A stretch of DNA of 64,000 nt from Bradymonadia bacterium (GTDB lineage: Bacteria; Myxococcota_A; Bradymonadia; UBA7976; UBA1532), in NCBI GenBank assembly GCA_046290225.1, contig JBKAGE010000034.1:480001-544000 (forward strand). Reading direction: 5' to 3'. Shown here in pieces: positions 47,881 through 57,707 of this stretch (positions are counted from its first letter, which is position 1; each line of letters starts with the position of its first letter). Below the pieces are notes generated by a model. The model saw nothing but the letters and a program-made list of their open reading frames with translations. It did not search any database and was not told the DNA's origin. The translations under genes were made by a program, and so were the position numbers.

Positions 47881-49755
47881 TCAAATGCTCATCTTGGCCG
47901 GGGCGGCGCCACGACCATAGACGTAATCGAAGATCAACCGCGTGACCACCAGGGCGGTGAACACGGAGCAGATGATGCCGATGGCCAGGGTGACGGCGAA
48001 GCCCCGGATGGGACCCGAGCCGAACTGGTACAGCACCACGGCGGCGATGGCGGTGGTCACGTTGGCGTCGAAGATGGCGCTGAAGGCCTTCTGGAAGCCG
48101 GTGTCGATGGCCTGCCGCACGGGCTTGCCTTCACGGAGCTCTTCTCGAATACGCTCGAAGATGAGCACGTTGGCGTCCACGGCCATACCCACGGTGAGCA
48201 CGATGCCGGCGATGCCCGGCAAGGTGAGCGTGGCGCCGAAGCCAGTGAGGCACGCCATCACGAAGAGCAGGTTGAGGATCAAGGCCACGTCGGCCACGAG
48301 GCCAGCGCCCTTGTAGTAGATGAACATGAAGGCGATCACGAGCACGAGACCGATGATGACCGAGGTCTGACCGGCGGAGACGGAGTCGGCACCGAGGCTC
48401 GGCCCCACCTGGCTGTCGTAGAGCTTGCGCAGCGGCGCCTGCAGGGCACCGGACTTGAGCACTGCCACCAGGGAGCTCGCCTCCTTGATGGCCTGACGGC
48501 CCACGGAGCCCAGGGTGATCCGCATGTTGGGACCACAGATCTTCTCTTTGATGTTGGGGGCGGAGTACACGATCTCGTCGATCATGATGGCCATCTGCTC
48601 CCGGGTGAACTTGGTGGTCAGATCACAGACCGCGTCCACATCCTGGGGACCGAAGGTCAAGTACACCTCGGGCTTGTTGAACTGGTCGTAGCCCACCCGG
48701 CTGTCGATGACGTTCTCACCGCTCACGCCATCTTTACGGCGCAGGTACACGAGCTGGTAACCCTTGTAGGCGGTGGCCTTGGGGCTGAAGCTCTTCACCT
48801 TGGAGAGAGCGTCTTCCTGCTCCTTGGTGAGCTTGTCGAGGCGACGCAGGTTGCCGGTGGTGGGGTCGACGAAGAGCTCTTCGAAGCCAGCGATGTGCTC
48901 GTCATCGATCTGACCCTCGACGATGTAGTCGAGAATCTCGCGACTGGTGCTGCGGATCGTGCCGTCCACCTGCACCACCTTGTGCTCCTTGAGGCTCGGG
49001 TCGAGCTCCGCAGGCCAGTTGGCGGCGGTGGGGATGCGAGCGCCGAGCTTCTGCACCCAGGCGGAGGCCCCGGCGCGATCGACGATCTGGAACCGCAGCT
49101 GACCGGTCCGGGCGAGCTTCTCTTTGGCGGCAGCGAACTCGGACTCCTTGATACCGGGCAGCTGCACCACGAGCTCATTGTCCCCGCGGCGGCTGATGGT
49201 GCTCTCGGTGAGGCCAAACTCGTTGATACGACGATCAACGGTCTCCATGGCCCGCTCGAGGGAATCCTGCCGGAACTGGTCGATGGCCTCGTTGCGCATC
49301 ACCAGGGTGACGTTGGCCCCGTCGGCAGCCCCCACCTCGTAGTCGGGCAGGAACTTGCCGAGGAAGCTGCTGTCGAGCTTCTCGGCGTCGGCGGCGTTGG
49401 AGAAGACCACGGTGAGGGTGGTCACCTCTTCCAGGCTGCCCTCGGGGTTGCCCGCGGTGGCCTTGGCATCGGTCTTCAGCTCGTCCTTGATGTTGATCTC
49501 GAGCTGGCCGGCGAGCTGGCCGGACTTGCGGGCGAGGGCCTCTTCGATGTCGACCCGGTACTGCAGGTGGATACCCCCCTGCAGGTCGAGGCCGAGGATC
49601 AGCTTGCTGCTGAATACATCGGTGAACCACTCGGGGAGCTCAGCCTCTTGACCCTCTTCGGCGAAGGTGTTGGCGAGGGTGGGCACCAGGCTGAGGATCG
49701 AGACCATTACCAGGCCTACTATCCCGAGAAACTTCCATCTCCACTGGCTGTCCAT
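47881..49755 (-). CDS. secD: Protein translocase subunit SecD
   Basis: LGLDLQGG, VGPSLG and TLPGIAGIVLTVGMAVDANVLIFERIREE. Start reset to ATG 49755. Confidence 0.96.
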   Translation of the reverse strand: MDSQWRWKFLGIVGLVMVSILSLVPTLANTFAEEGQEAELPEWFTDVFSSKLILGLDLQGGIHLQYRVDIEEALARKSGQLAGQLEINIKDELKTDAKATAGNPEGSLEEVTTLTVVFSNAADAEKLDSSFLGKFLPDYEVGAADGANVTLVMRNEAIDQFRQDSLERAMETVDRRINEFGLTESTISRRGDNELVVQLPGIKESEFAAAKEKLARTGQLRFQIVDRAGASAWVQKLGARIPTAANWPAELDPSLKEHKVVQVDGTIRSTSREILDYIVEGQIDDEHIAGFEELFVDPTTGNLRRLDKLTKEQEDALSKVKSFSPKATAYKGYQLVYLRRKDGVSGENVIDSRVGYDQFNKPEVYLTFGPQDVDAVCDLTTKFTREQMAIMIDEIVYSAPNIKEKICGPNMRITLGSVGRQAIKEASSLVAVLKSGALQAPLRKLYDSQVGPSLGADSVSAGQTSVIIGLVLVIAFMFIYYKGAGLVADVALILNLLFVMACLTGFGATLTLPGIAGIVLTVGMAVDANVLIFERIREELREGKPVRQAIDTGFQKAFSAIFDANVTTAIAAVVLYQFGSGPIRGFAVTLAIGIICSVFTALVVTRLIFDYVYGRGAAPAKMSI

Positions 49756-49759
49756 CGGC

Positions 49760-50116
49760 TTACTTCTTGCCCTTCTGGTCTGAACCCTGATCATCTGCGC
49801 TGGCGGACTTCTGCAGGCCGGCGATCTGACTACGCAGCGCCTTGACCCGCACCCGATCGGCGATCTCGAGGGTGAGGATTTGATCTTCTGCGAGGACCAC
49901 CTTGGCCAGCAGGCCACCGTTGGTGATCACTTCGTCGCCTTTCTTGAGCTTGCTCAGGGTGTCCTGATGCTCGCGCTGGCGCTTCATCTGGGGCCGCATC
50001 ACCAGGAAGTAGAAAATGCCGATGATGATCAGCATGGGGGCGAGGCCCCCGATGAGGCCCGCTGGGCCTCCGGCGCCCTGGCTCTGGCCCACGGCCAGCA
50101 GGATGAGTTCACTCAT
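49760..50116 (-). CDS. yajC: Preprotein translocase subunit YajC
   Basis: FYFLVMRPQMKRQ..LKKGDEVITNGG. Confidence 0.95.
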   Translation of the reverse strand: MSELILLAVGQSQGAGGPAGLIGGLAPMLIIIGIFYFLVMRPQMKRQREHQDTLSKLKKGDEVITNGGLLAKVVLAEDQILTLEIADRVRVKALRSQIAGLQKSASADDQGSDQKGKK

Positions 50117-50234
50117 CGTCGCGTTCGTTCCTTCGAGGCCCCCTGGCCTCCCTGATGTTGCGGTGCCTCGTCGCCGGAGCAGAGCCCACGGAGCAGGGTC
50201 GACACAGGTCGGACTCCGGGCGAAAGGCCGAGCG

Positions 50235-50263
50235 GTACTACCAGATAGAGGGTGTCAGGGCAA
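50235..50263 (-). promoter_or_regulatory. Putative internal promoter for yajC-secDF
   Basis: Minus strand TTGCCC-17-TAGTAC. Confidence 0.45.
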
Positions 50264-50292
50264 GTGTGTGGTTGGGAACGCGGGCCGGGGCC

Positions 50293-51102
50293 TCACGGGG
50301 CCATGGTGATTTCATGGGCGGGGCCTTCGCGGCCCTGGAGATCGATGGGGGCGAGGGTGACGGAGTAGGCCTGCTTCGAATCGAGCTGGAAGGTGCCGCT
50401 GCACATGCCATGACCCACCTGCACGTTGCCCTCGTTGGGCACGACGAGGGCGGTCTGCGCCGGAGCACCTCCCACTTTGGCCTCGAGGGTCACGCGGAAG
50501 GCTATGGGGCCTTCCCCCGCGGCCCCTGCGGCCATTCCCCGGCCGTCTTCGCCAGGCCCCATGGCAGGTCCACATCCGAACTCTGTTCGCCCGAGGACCT
50601 GGTCGGTGGGCTTGAGGGTCCACCGAGGGGCATCGCCTTCGAAGGCCGCGCCCACCGTCCACTTCACCGGGCGCTCCTCGCCTGCCTCGGCGTCGTAGGT
50701 ACGCAGCGTCTTGAAGCCCTGCATCACCTGGCGGCCCGTGTTCGTCTTCTCGTCGTAGACATATTTTTCGCGTTTGGTCTGCACACGATACCGCCCGCCG
50801 GCCTTCAGCGGCTGCGTCGGGGTGAGGATCACTTGAGCGGTTCGATAGCCCTCAGCATGCACGGAGACCACCTTCAGCGACTGCGCCTTGCCCTTCTGAT
50901 CGATAAGCCGCACACGTTTGATGGCGTCGAGAGCCACCCCCTTGTCATTGGCATAGCCTGTGATGGCGATGAGGGGCTGGGGCGGCACCGTGGCGCCGGA
51001 GGCCGGCCAGGTCCAGACGCCTGAAGAAGAGCATTTGCTGTGGGCAGTGCTGGCGGCACAGGCGACGAGCAACGCGGCAAGGAAAGCGAGGGGACGGCGC
51101 AT
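50293..51102 (-). CDS. Hypothetical secreted protein (beta-rich, FGCGP and GHGMCSG motifs)
   Basis: ATG 51102 with a GGAG RBS and a signal peptide. The longer ORF in the track overlaps tgt and is spurious upstream of this point. Confidence 0.7.
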   Translation of the reverse strand: MRRPLAFLAALLVACAASTAHSKCSSSGVWTWPASGATVPPQPLIAITGYANDKGVALDAIKRVRLIDQKGKAQSLKVVSVHAEGYRTAQVILTPTQPLKAGGRYRVQTKREKYVYDEKTNTGRQVMQGFKTLRTYDAEAGEERPVKWTVGAAFEGDAPRWTLKPTDQVLGRTEFGCGPAMGPGEDGRGMAAGAAGEGPIAFRVTLEAKVGGAPAQTALVVPNEGNVQVGHGMCSGTFQLDSKQAYSVTLAPIDLQGREGPAHEITMAP

Positions 51103-51161
51103 GAGATCTCCCGAGGTGTTCTGGTGACGTCTACGGGCGAGGGCGCGAAAAGCGCTACCAC

Positions 51162-51227
51162 CCTGTGCTTCTTTCCTGTGCTTCTTTCCTGTGCCCCTCT
51201 TTCCTGTGCTTCTTTCTGGGGCTTCTT
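51162..51227. repeat. 13-bp intergenic tandem repeat CCTGTGCTTCTTT (4 copies plus 1 degenerate)
   Basis: Directly visible. The third unit is 15 bp. Confidence 0.9.
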
Positions 51228-51230
51228 CGC

Positions 51231-52352
51231 TCAGTCGTTCTCTGGCAGCCCCGACTTCCACTCTCGATAGAACTCCGGGAACGTGCCCTGCCTCAGCGCC
51301 CGGCGGATGTCGGCCATGAGGGTCAGATAGACGTGCAGGTTGTGGATCGACAGCAGCCGCCCCGCCACCAGCTCGCCCATGAGCATCTGATGTCGCAGAT
51401 AGCCTGTGCTGTAGCGTTGACATGTGTAGCAGCTGCAGTTGGAGTCGATGGGCTCCCGGCTGGTCTTGAACCGCGCGTTCTTGAGCTTGATCTTCCGACG
51501 ACCACGATCGATGAACAGGTAGCCTTTTCGGGCGTTTCGGGTGGGCATGACGCAGTCGAACATGTCCACGCCCCGGGCCACGCCCTCGACGAGATCTTTC
51601 GGCGTACCCACACCCATCAGGTAGCGGGGCTTCTCCCAGGGCATGCGGGGGGCGGTCTCTTCGAGGGTGGCGTACATCTCGGGGATCGACTCCCCCACGC
51701 TCAGGCCGCCCACGGCAAAACCGTCGAAGGGGTGCTGGCACAGCTCCTCGACGTGGCGGTGTCGCAGCTTGACGTCCGTGCCCCCCTGGATGATCGCAAA
51801 CAGCGCCTGCTTGGGATCCTTCCGGGCCTCGAGGCAACGCAGCGCCCACCGCGTCGTGCGGGCCATGGCCTCTTCCACCACTCGGGGGTGACCGTTGCTC
51901 GGGGGCAGGTGATCGAGGCACATGGCGATGTCGCTGCCGATGGCCTGCTGCAGCTCGATGGCGTGCTCTGGGGTCAAGTACAAGGCCCCGCCGTCGATGT
52001 GATTCTGGAACTTCACCCCCTCCTCGCTGATCTTGCGCCGGCTCGCCAGCGACAGAATCTGGAACCCGCCGCTGTCGGTGAGGATGCTCCGCCGCCAGTG
52101 GGCCATGGTGTGCATGCCCCCGAGGGCCCGCAGCACGTCGATGCCCGGGCGGATGGCGAGGTGATAGGTGTTCCCGAGGATGATCTGGGCCCCGAGATCT
52201 TCGAGCTCGTCGCTGGTGAGGCCCTTCACCGAGGCCATGGTGCCCACAGGCATGAAGATGGGGGTCTCCACCTCGCCGTGGCTGGTCTGGAACCGCCCGA
52301 GCCGGGCGTGGGTCTCGCCGCAGTGGGCTTCGACGCGGAAGTTCAGGTCCAC
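51231..52352 (-). CDS. tgt: tRNA-guanine transglycosylase
   Basis: TPIFMPVGT, GNTYHL, TDSGGFQ, GGLSVGE, DCVMPTRNAR and CxCxxC. Confidence 0.97.
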   Translation of the reverse strand: MDLNFRVEAHCGETHARLGRFQTSHGEVETPIFMPVGTMASVKGLTSDELEDLGAQIILGNTYHLAIRPGIDVLRALGGMHTMAHWRRSILTDSGGFQILSLASRRKISEEGVKFQNHIDGGALYLTPEHAIELQQAIGSDIAMCLDHLPPSNGHPRVVEEAMARTTRWALRCLEARKDPKQALFAIIQGGTDVKLRHRHVEELCQHPFDGFAVGGLSVGESIPEMYATLEETAPRMPWEKPRYLMGVGTPKDLVEGVARGVDMFDCVMPTRNARKGYLFIDRGRRKIKLKNARFKTSREPIDSNCSCYTCQRYSTGYLRHQMLMGELVAGRLLSIHNLHVYLTLMADIRRALRQGTFPEFYREWKSGLPEND

Positions 52353-53404
52353 CTGCCCTCCTCTCGACGCATCAAGGTGGCGTCGCCGTAACTGTAGAAT
52401 TTCATCTGGGATTCCACCGCACGCTCATAGGCGTGGAGCACCCGCTCTCGGCCGGCGAGGGCACTCACCAGCATCAGCAGCGTGCTCTCGGGCAAGTGGA
52501 AGTTGGTGATCAGGCCGTCGACATAGGTGAAGTCGAAGCCGGGGTAGATGAAGATCTCCGTCTCCACCGGGGCCCCGATGATCTTTTGCTGGGCAAAACT
52601 CTCCACGGCGCGGACGGCGGTGGTGCCCACGCACACAATGGGTCGGCCTTGCTGTCGGACCTCTTCGAGCGCCGCGGCGGTGGCCTCGGGGATCGAGTAC
52701 CACTCCCCGTGCATGTGGTGAGCGCTCACGTCATCGACCCGCATGGGCATAAAGGTCCCCAGGCCCACGTGCAGCGTCACCGGGTACACCTTCACCCCTT
52801 TGGCCTTGATCGCGTCGAGGATCTCGTCTGTGAAGTGCAGCCCCGCCGTAGGCGCCGCCACTGAGCCCGGATCTCGGGCATAGACGGTCTGGTAGCGCTC
52901 CACATCGTCGGCGTCAGGGTCCCGCTCGATGTACGGCGGCAGCGGGATCTGCCCCTGTCGGTCGAGCCAGGACCACAGCGCGTCGATGCCCGTGAGCACC
53001 ACCTCGGCGGTGCCATCCGCCTGTCGAGCAGTGAAGTGCGCCGAGACACCTTCAGGGAACTTCAGCGTGATGCCGGGCTTGAGGTTCTTGCCCCGGAGCA
53101 TGGCCTCGATGACCAGGCCGCCGGCGTGAGGCCCCACAGTCTGTGGACCCACGGCGCGGATCACCAGCATCTCCACCTTGCCACCTGTGGGCTTCTCTCC
53201 ATAGATGCGGGCGGGCACCACCTTGCTGTCGTTGATGATGAGCAGCTCTTCGCCGGTGAAGGCGTCGACGATGTCGGCGAAAGGCCCGATCACCGGCTCT
53301 CCCCCCACAGGGATCTGCATCAGCCGGCTGCCCCCGCGGTCGGGCGCAGGACGCTGAGCGATGAGCGCCTCGGGCAGTTCGAATGAGAAGTCGCTGCGAT
53401 TCAT
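52343..53404 (-). CDS. queA: S-adenosylmethionine:tRNA ribosyltransferase-isomerase
   Basis: IAQRP, PLPPYI, AAPTAGLHF, LHVGLGTF, TNFHLPESTL and FYSYGDA. Confidence 0.97.
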   Translation of the reverse strand: MNRSDFSFELPEALIAQRPAPDRGGSRLMQIPVGGEPVIGPFADIVDAFTGEELLIINDSKVVPARIYGEKPTGGKVEMLVIRAVGPQTVGPHAGGLVIEAMLRGKNLKPGITLKFPEGVSAHFTARQADGTAEVVLTGIDALWSWLDRQGQIPLPPYIERDPDADDVERYQTVYARDPGSVAAPTAGLHFTDEILDAIKAKGVKVYPVTLHVGLGTFMPMRVDDVSAHHMHGEWYSIPEATAAALEEVRQQGRPIVCVGTTAVRAVESFAQQKIIGAPVETEIFIYPGFDFTYVDGLITNFHLPESTLLMLVSALAGRERVLHAYERAVESQMKFYSYGDATLMRREEGRWT

Positions 53405-55386
53405 GGCTGCTCAGGGGCCTTCGGGGCCGGGCTCATGATGGCATCACCGGGCGCAGTCTCTGGCGCCTCGGGCTCGGGGCGCTTCACGCCTGTGAGCCAG
53501 CGGGTGCGCCGTCGGCGCTGGGCCGTGGTGGCCTCAGGGTCGAACTCGAGCACCCAGCGGTTCTTCGGGGCCTCGGCGAAGGCGCCATCGAGGGTGATCA
53601 TCCGGGCACGGCGGCTCACGAGCATGCTCACGCCGTCACCGGGCTGGTAGCGGGAGAGCACCCGCGCCTTGTGCTTGCCGTCGATGCGGTAGCCGTCGAG
53701 GGCGATGATCTCATCACCGACGTTGAGCCCCATCTGCCACGCTGGGGTGTCCCGGAGCACATTCTTCACGATGAGGCGGCCACCCTTGTCGTCGACGTGC
53801 AACCCCAGCCAGCCCTGGGTCGGGTCATCCTCCTTGGGGGGCTTCACGGGCTTGAACCTCAGCCCGAGCCAGGACAAAGCAGGGCCATAGTTGAAGGACT
53901 GCGTGCCGTCGATGTGATCCCTGAAGAAGTCGTTGAGATCTGCACCTGCAACCTGGTTCACGAGCTTGCGAAACTCCATGGGCGTAAAGCCACGCTCACC
54001 GCTGTATCGGCGATAGGCGAGCCGCATGACGTCGTCGAGGCTGGCCACCCCACCGGAGGCCTGCTGGATACGAGCGTCGAGCAGGAAGGCGGCGAGGGAC
54101 CCCCGGGTGTAGTAGCTCACGGCGGTGTTCTCGGAGTTCTCGTCGGGGCGGTAGTGCTTGATCCAGGCGTTGAACGACGAGGCGCCGAGGCTCTGCACGA
54201 AGCGACCCGGGCGATGCTCCACCCTGCCGATGCTCTTCGACAAGCGCTTCAGATACTCCGCGTCGGTCATGATGTCGGCTCGCCGCAGCAGCAGGTCGTC
54301 ATAGTACGAGGTGACCCCCTCGGCCACCCAGAGGCTGCGGGTGTAGTTCTCGTGCTCGTAGTCGAAGGGGCCCAGAGCCTCGGGCCGCAGCCGCTTCACG
54401 TTCCAGGTATGAAAGAACTCGTGGCTCACGAGGCCGAGCCAGCCCAGGTAGTCCTTCCGGCGCTCCGTGGCCCAGAGGCTGGTCATCATGAGGGTGCTGT
54501 TCTTGTGCTCGAGGCCGCCGCCAGCCTCGGCGAGCACGTTGAGAAACAAGTAGTTGTCGTAGGGCACCTGACCCCAGAAGTCGATCTGAGTCTGTACGAC
54601 CTTCGCCACGTCGGTGGCGGCCTTCACGCTGTCCCAGATGGATCGGTCGTCCCGGCCGATCAGCCCGGCGTCGATGAGCATGTGGGGCTTGCCGGCCACC
54701 TCGAAGCGTTGCACTGAGGGGTTGCCCAACAACACGGGGCTGTCCACGAGGGTGTCGAAGTCGGCGGCGCGGTAGTGATGGGCCTTGCCGCTCGGGTGCC
54801 CTTCGAGGCCCGTGTGGCTCTGGAACCACCGCTCGGGCATCTCGAACTTCACGTCGTGGGGCAGCTCGAGGCCATCGGGCCGGGTGATGAAGGTGGGGGC
54901 GCCGTTGAGCACGGCGAAGTCCGCCTCGACCCAGTTGGTGCGCACCGACATCTCTCGGCCGTAGACGCGATAGTTCACCATCACTTTGGTGGAGCCGTTG
55001 GCTTCGATCTTCCACCGGTTTTTGGCCACCTGACTCCAGGTGAGCGCCTCACCGCCATCGTTGAAGGCCTCGAAACGCTCCACATGGCGGCTGTACTCCC
55101 GGAGCAGGTACGACCCCGGCGTCCACGTGGCCATCATCAGCTCGAGGGTGGGCGCCTCGTCCACGAGGAAGATCGCCTGCACTTCCATGTAGTGGCTGTG
55201 GGCCTTGGGGAAGCTCACGGTGTAGCTGATGGGCGCCTGGCTCGGCGCGGTGTCGGGCACCGCGACCTTCGGCGACTCCGCTGGAGGGGGCGGCAGCTGA
55301 GGCGGCGCCTTCGGCGTGGGTACGTCACAGGCGGAGAGGCCCGCGAGGATCAGGCCTGAAAGAAGATGACGCAGGGCGTGACGCAC
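53401..55386 (-). CDS. M61 family metallopeptidase with PDZ domain (lipoprotein)
   Basis: Lipobox LSAC, WTPGSY, GGLEH, SHEFFHTWNVKR, WVAEG, YYTRG and a PDZ domain (GLNVGDEIIALDG). Confidence 0.92.
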   Translation of the reverse strand: MRHALRHLLSGLILAGLSACDVPTPKAPPQLPPPPAESPKVAVPDTAPSQAPISYTVSFPKAHSHYMEVQAIFLVDEAPTLELMMATWTPGSYLLREYSRHVERFEAFNDGGEALTWSQVAKNRWKIEANGSTKVMVNYRVYGREMSVRTNWVEADFAVLNGAPTFITRPDGLELPHDVKFEMPERWFQSHTGLEGHPSGKAHHYRAADFDTLVDSPVLLGNPSVQRFEVAGKPHMLIDAGLIGRDDRSIWDSVKAATDVAKVVQTQIDFWGQVPYDNYLFLNVLAEAGGGLEHKNSTLMMTSLWATERRKDYLGWLGLVSHEFFHTWNVKRLRPEALGPFDYEHENYTRSLWVAEGVTSYYDDLLLRRADIMTDAEYLKRLSKSIGRVEHRPGRFVQSLGASSFNAWIKHYRPDENSENTAVSYYTRGSLAAFLLDARIQQASGGVASLDDVMRLAYRRYSGERGFTPMEFRKLVNQVAGADLNDFFRDHIDGTQSFNYGPALSWLGLRFKPVKPPKEDDPTQGWLGLHVDDKGGRLIVKNVLRDTPAWQMGLNVGDEIIALDGYRIDGKHKARVLSRYQPGDGVSMLVSRRARMITLDGAFAEAPKNRWVLEFDPEATTAQRRRRTRWLTGVKRPEPEAPETAPGDAIMSPAPKAPEQP

Positions 55387-55462
55387 AGAAGAGCTCCCGT
55401 GTGAATGCAAGCGGGGGATTCTCGCCGCCCCCCAGCGTCGCCTCAAGGGATTTCTGAGCGCG

Positions 55463-56332
55463 TCAGGGGTCTCGAGACTCGACAAAGGCCACAGCACGCT
55501 CCACGAGGACCCCAGGCTGTTCGAGGTGCAAGCTGTGACCAGCGTCTTCGATGTGTTCGAAGGCGCCTCCTCCCGGCAGGTGCTCTCGGTAGAACGCCTC
55601 GTGCTCTGGCCAGAGCAGGCGCTCCCCTGCCCCCCACAACACCAACGTTGGTGCGTCGAGGGCGCTCAGCGTCTCTGCGTCGAACTGGTCCTCGGCGCTG
55701 ATCTGCTCGAAGAAGCTCTGAATCGAGGGTCGCTGAAACTCTGCCTGTACCAGCGGCGCCACCAGCGGGGTGAACCACGGGGGTCGCCGGAACAGCCGCC
55801 CGCTGAAGTCGAGGGCCCGACGGTAGGTGGTGGGGTCGAAGCCCCCGAGGAACTGCTCGAAGCGCTCTGGAGACAGCGGCCCGCCCGCCGGCGCGCAGAG
55901 GACGACAGCCCGTACGGAGAGACGCCTTCTGAGGGCCAGCTTCACGGCGAGGGCACCACCAAGGGAGCACCCCAGGAGCACCACAGGGCCCTCGACGGTC
56001 TCGAGGAGGGCCTGCTCGATGGCCGTCACCATCTGATCTGCGGTCATGTGCCCGGGCTCACCGGCTGACCGACCATGACCAGGCAAATCAGGGGCCACGA
56101 GGCGGGTCACGTGGGGCCGCAGCGTCGAGAGCAGGCCACCATAGGCTGTGGCGTGAGAGCCCACGCCGTGGAGCACCACCCACGTGCCCAGGGCGCCACC
56201 ACCATCACCGCAGTAGAGTCGCAGTGGGCCCATCTCGGTCTCCACGGGCTGCGGCCGCAGCCCGAGGCCCTTGAGCCGGAGCGTGGCGGCGCCGAGAGCC
56301 GTGGCCCTCAAGAGGCGCAGGTGAGGTTGCAT
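55463..56332 (-). CDS. Alpha/beta-fold hydrolase
   Basis: VLHG, DLPGHGRS, GCSLGG nucleophile elbow and AGH. Start reset to ATG 56332 (AGGAGG RBS). Confidence 0.88.
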   Translation of the reverse strand: MQPHLRLLRATALGAATLRLKGLGLRPQPVETEMGPLRLYCGDGGGALGTWVVLHGVGSHATAYGGLLSTLRPHVTRLVAPDLPGHGRSAGEPGHMTADQMVTAIEQALLETVEGPVVLLGCSLGGALAVKLALRRRLSVRAVVLCAPAGGPLSPERFEQFLGGFDPTTYRRALDFSGRLFRRPPWFTPLVAPLVQAEFQRPSIQSFFEQISAEDQFDAETLSALDAPTLVLWGAGERLLWPEHEAFYREHLPGGGAFEHIEDAGHSLHLEQPGVLVERAVAFVESRDP

Positions 56333-56392
56333 CGGAGCCCTCCTGTTCGCCCCATCTGCCAACCGGGGACCCCAGATCTGTATCATAGGCCC

Positions 56393-56866
56393 ATGAGCAA
56401 TCACCGACTGCACACGTTGATGCTGTGGTGCGCCGCCACCGACAAGACCTTCGAGCGGGTGATGTTCGGCGATCACGAGGCGCTGCGGGGCAAGTGCATC
56501 CACTGCAACTCGGCCCTGACGATCAACCTCAAGGGCAAGCCCCTCGACAAGGCCAGCCTGGAGCACATCGTCCCCCAGACCCATGGCGGCACAGACGATC
56601 TGGCGAACCTGTCTCTGGCATGTAAGAAGTGCAACAACCTGAAGGGCTGCCGTCTCGATCGACGTCCGCTGAGCGATCCGACGCTGGCGGCGGTCATCGA
56701 GACCCTCACCCGACGAAAGGCCGAGCGGGCCCGGCCACCCCTGGCCAGCTTGAGCCTGCCTCCGCTGCCTCCCATCTCCACTCAGGTGGTGCTCGCCGAG
56801 GCCGAGCCGCCACCCCCACCCCCGCGTCGTGGGCGCAAGGGTCGCAAACGCAAGAGCCGACGGTGA
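56393..56866 (+). CDS. HNH endonuclease-domain protein
   Basis: CIHC..LEHIVPQTHGGTDDLANLSLACKKCNNLKG with a basic C-terminal tail. Confidence 0.88.
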   Translation: MSNHRLHTLMLWCAATDKTFERVMFGDHEALRGKCIHCNSALTINLKGKPLDKASLEHIVPQTHGGTDDLANLSLACKKCNNLKGCRLDRRPLSDPTLAAVIETLTRRKAERARPPLASLSLPPLPPISTQVVLAEAEPPPPPPRRGRKGRKRKSRR

Positions 56867-56900
56867 ATCCGAAGCCCCTGCCGTGCCCGAGAGAGAGCGC

Positions 56901-57707
56901 ATGATCCCCGCCCGAAAAGGCCCCCGCTTCAACCGCTGGTTCTCCAAACAGGCTGAAGGTCGAATTCACAAGACCTTCGGCCGGGTCTACTCCCGGGGGC
57001 TCGACGGCTTCGAAGCAGCGTCGAGAGAGGGTCCCATCTTGCTGGTGAGCAACCACAGCGCATGGTGGGACTCGATGCTCATCATCTGGCTGGTGAACCG
57101 CCCGCTGAGTCTCGACGGCTACGCCATGATGGACGCGAAGAACCTGCGGAAGTTCCCCTTTCTGGGCAAGGTGGGGGCCTATGGGGTGGAGCTGGACCAA
57201 TCAGGCGACGGCCCTGAGGCCATCGCCTATGGCGCGGATCTGCTCGACCGGCCCGGCCGCATGGTCCTGGTCTACCCTCAGGGACGAGAGCGCCCGCTCA
57301 ACGTCAGGCCTCTGGGTTTTCGCCGCGGCGCCGCGGTGATGGCCGCCCAGGTGGTGGCCGCTGGAGGGCCGCCTTTGCAGGTGGTCTCTCTGGGGGCGCG
57401 CTATGTCTTCGGACCCCGAGAGGCCCCGGACGTCTACCTCGCCTTTGGCCCGGCGGTGACACCGGCCGTGGGCCTCGACGAGGCCAGCATCGAGCAGGAG
57501 CGTCGACGACAGGAAGATGGGGTCGCCGAGCAGCTCGATTTGATCGAAGGTGCTCTGGAGGCCCCCGCAGCTGCGGGCTTCGACACGTTGTACGCCCGCA
57601 AGCCTGGGGCTGTGGCCCAGTGGGCCGAGCGCACCCTGGTGAAGGCCGTCAGGGGGCACCTGAAGTGGAAGGGTCAGGCCATAGCCGCCCCGAAGGATCA
57701 ATCCTGA
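56901..57707 (+). CDS. PlsC-like (lysophospholipid) acyltransferase, probably a carotenoid-glycoside acyltransferase
   Basis: SNHSAWWD (HxxxxD) and YPQG motifs, adjacent to crt genes. Confidence 0.8.
   Translation: MIPARKGPRFNRWFSKQAEGRIHKTFGRVYSRGLDGFEAASREGPILLVSNHSAWWDSMLIIWLVNRPLSLDGYAMMDAKNLRKFPFLGKVGAYGVELDQSGDGPEAIAYGADLLDRPGRMVLVYPQGRERPLNVRPLGFRRGAAVMAAQVVAAGGPPLQVVSLGARYVFGPREAPDVYLAFGPAVTPAVGLDEASIEQERRRQEDGVAEQLDLIEGALEAPAAAGFDTLYARKPGAVAQWAERTLVKAVRGHLKWKGQAIAAPKDQS

Noticed and set aside
51162..51227. Possible mini CRISPR array
   Set aside because: Units are 13 bp, contiguous, without spacers, and no cas genes are present.
56393..56866. HNH gene as a mobile element or defence system
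   Set aside because: No methylase, integrase, flanking repeats or composition shift visible.
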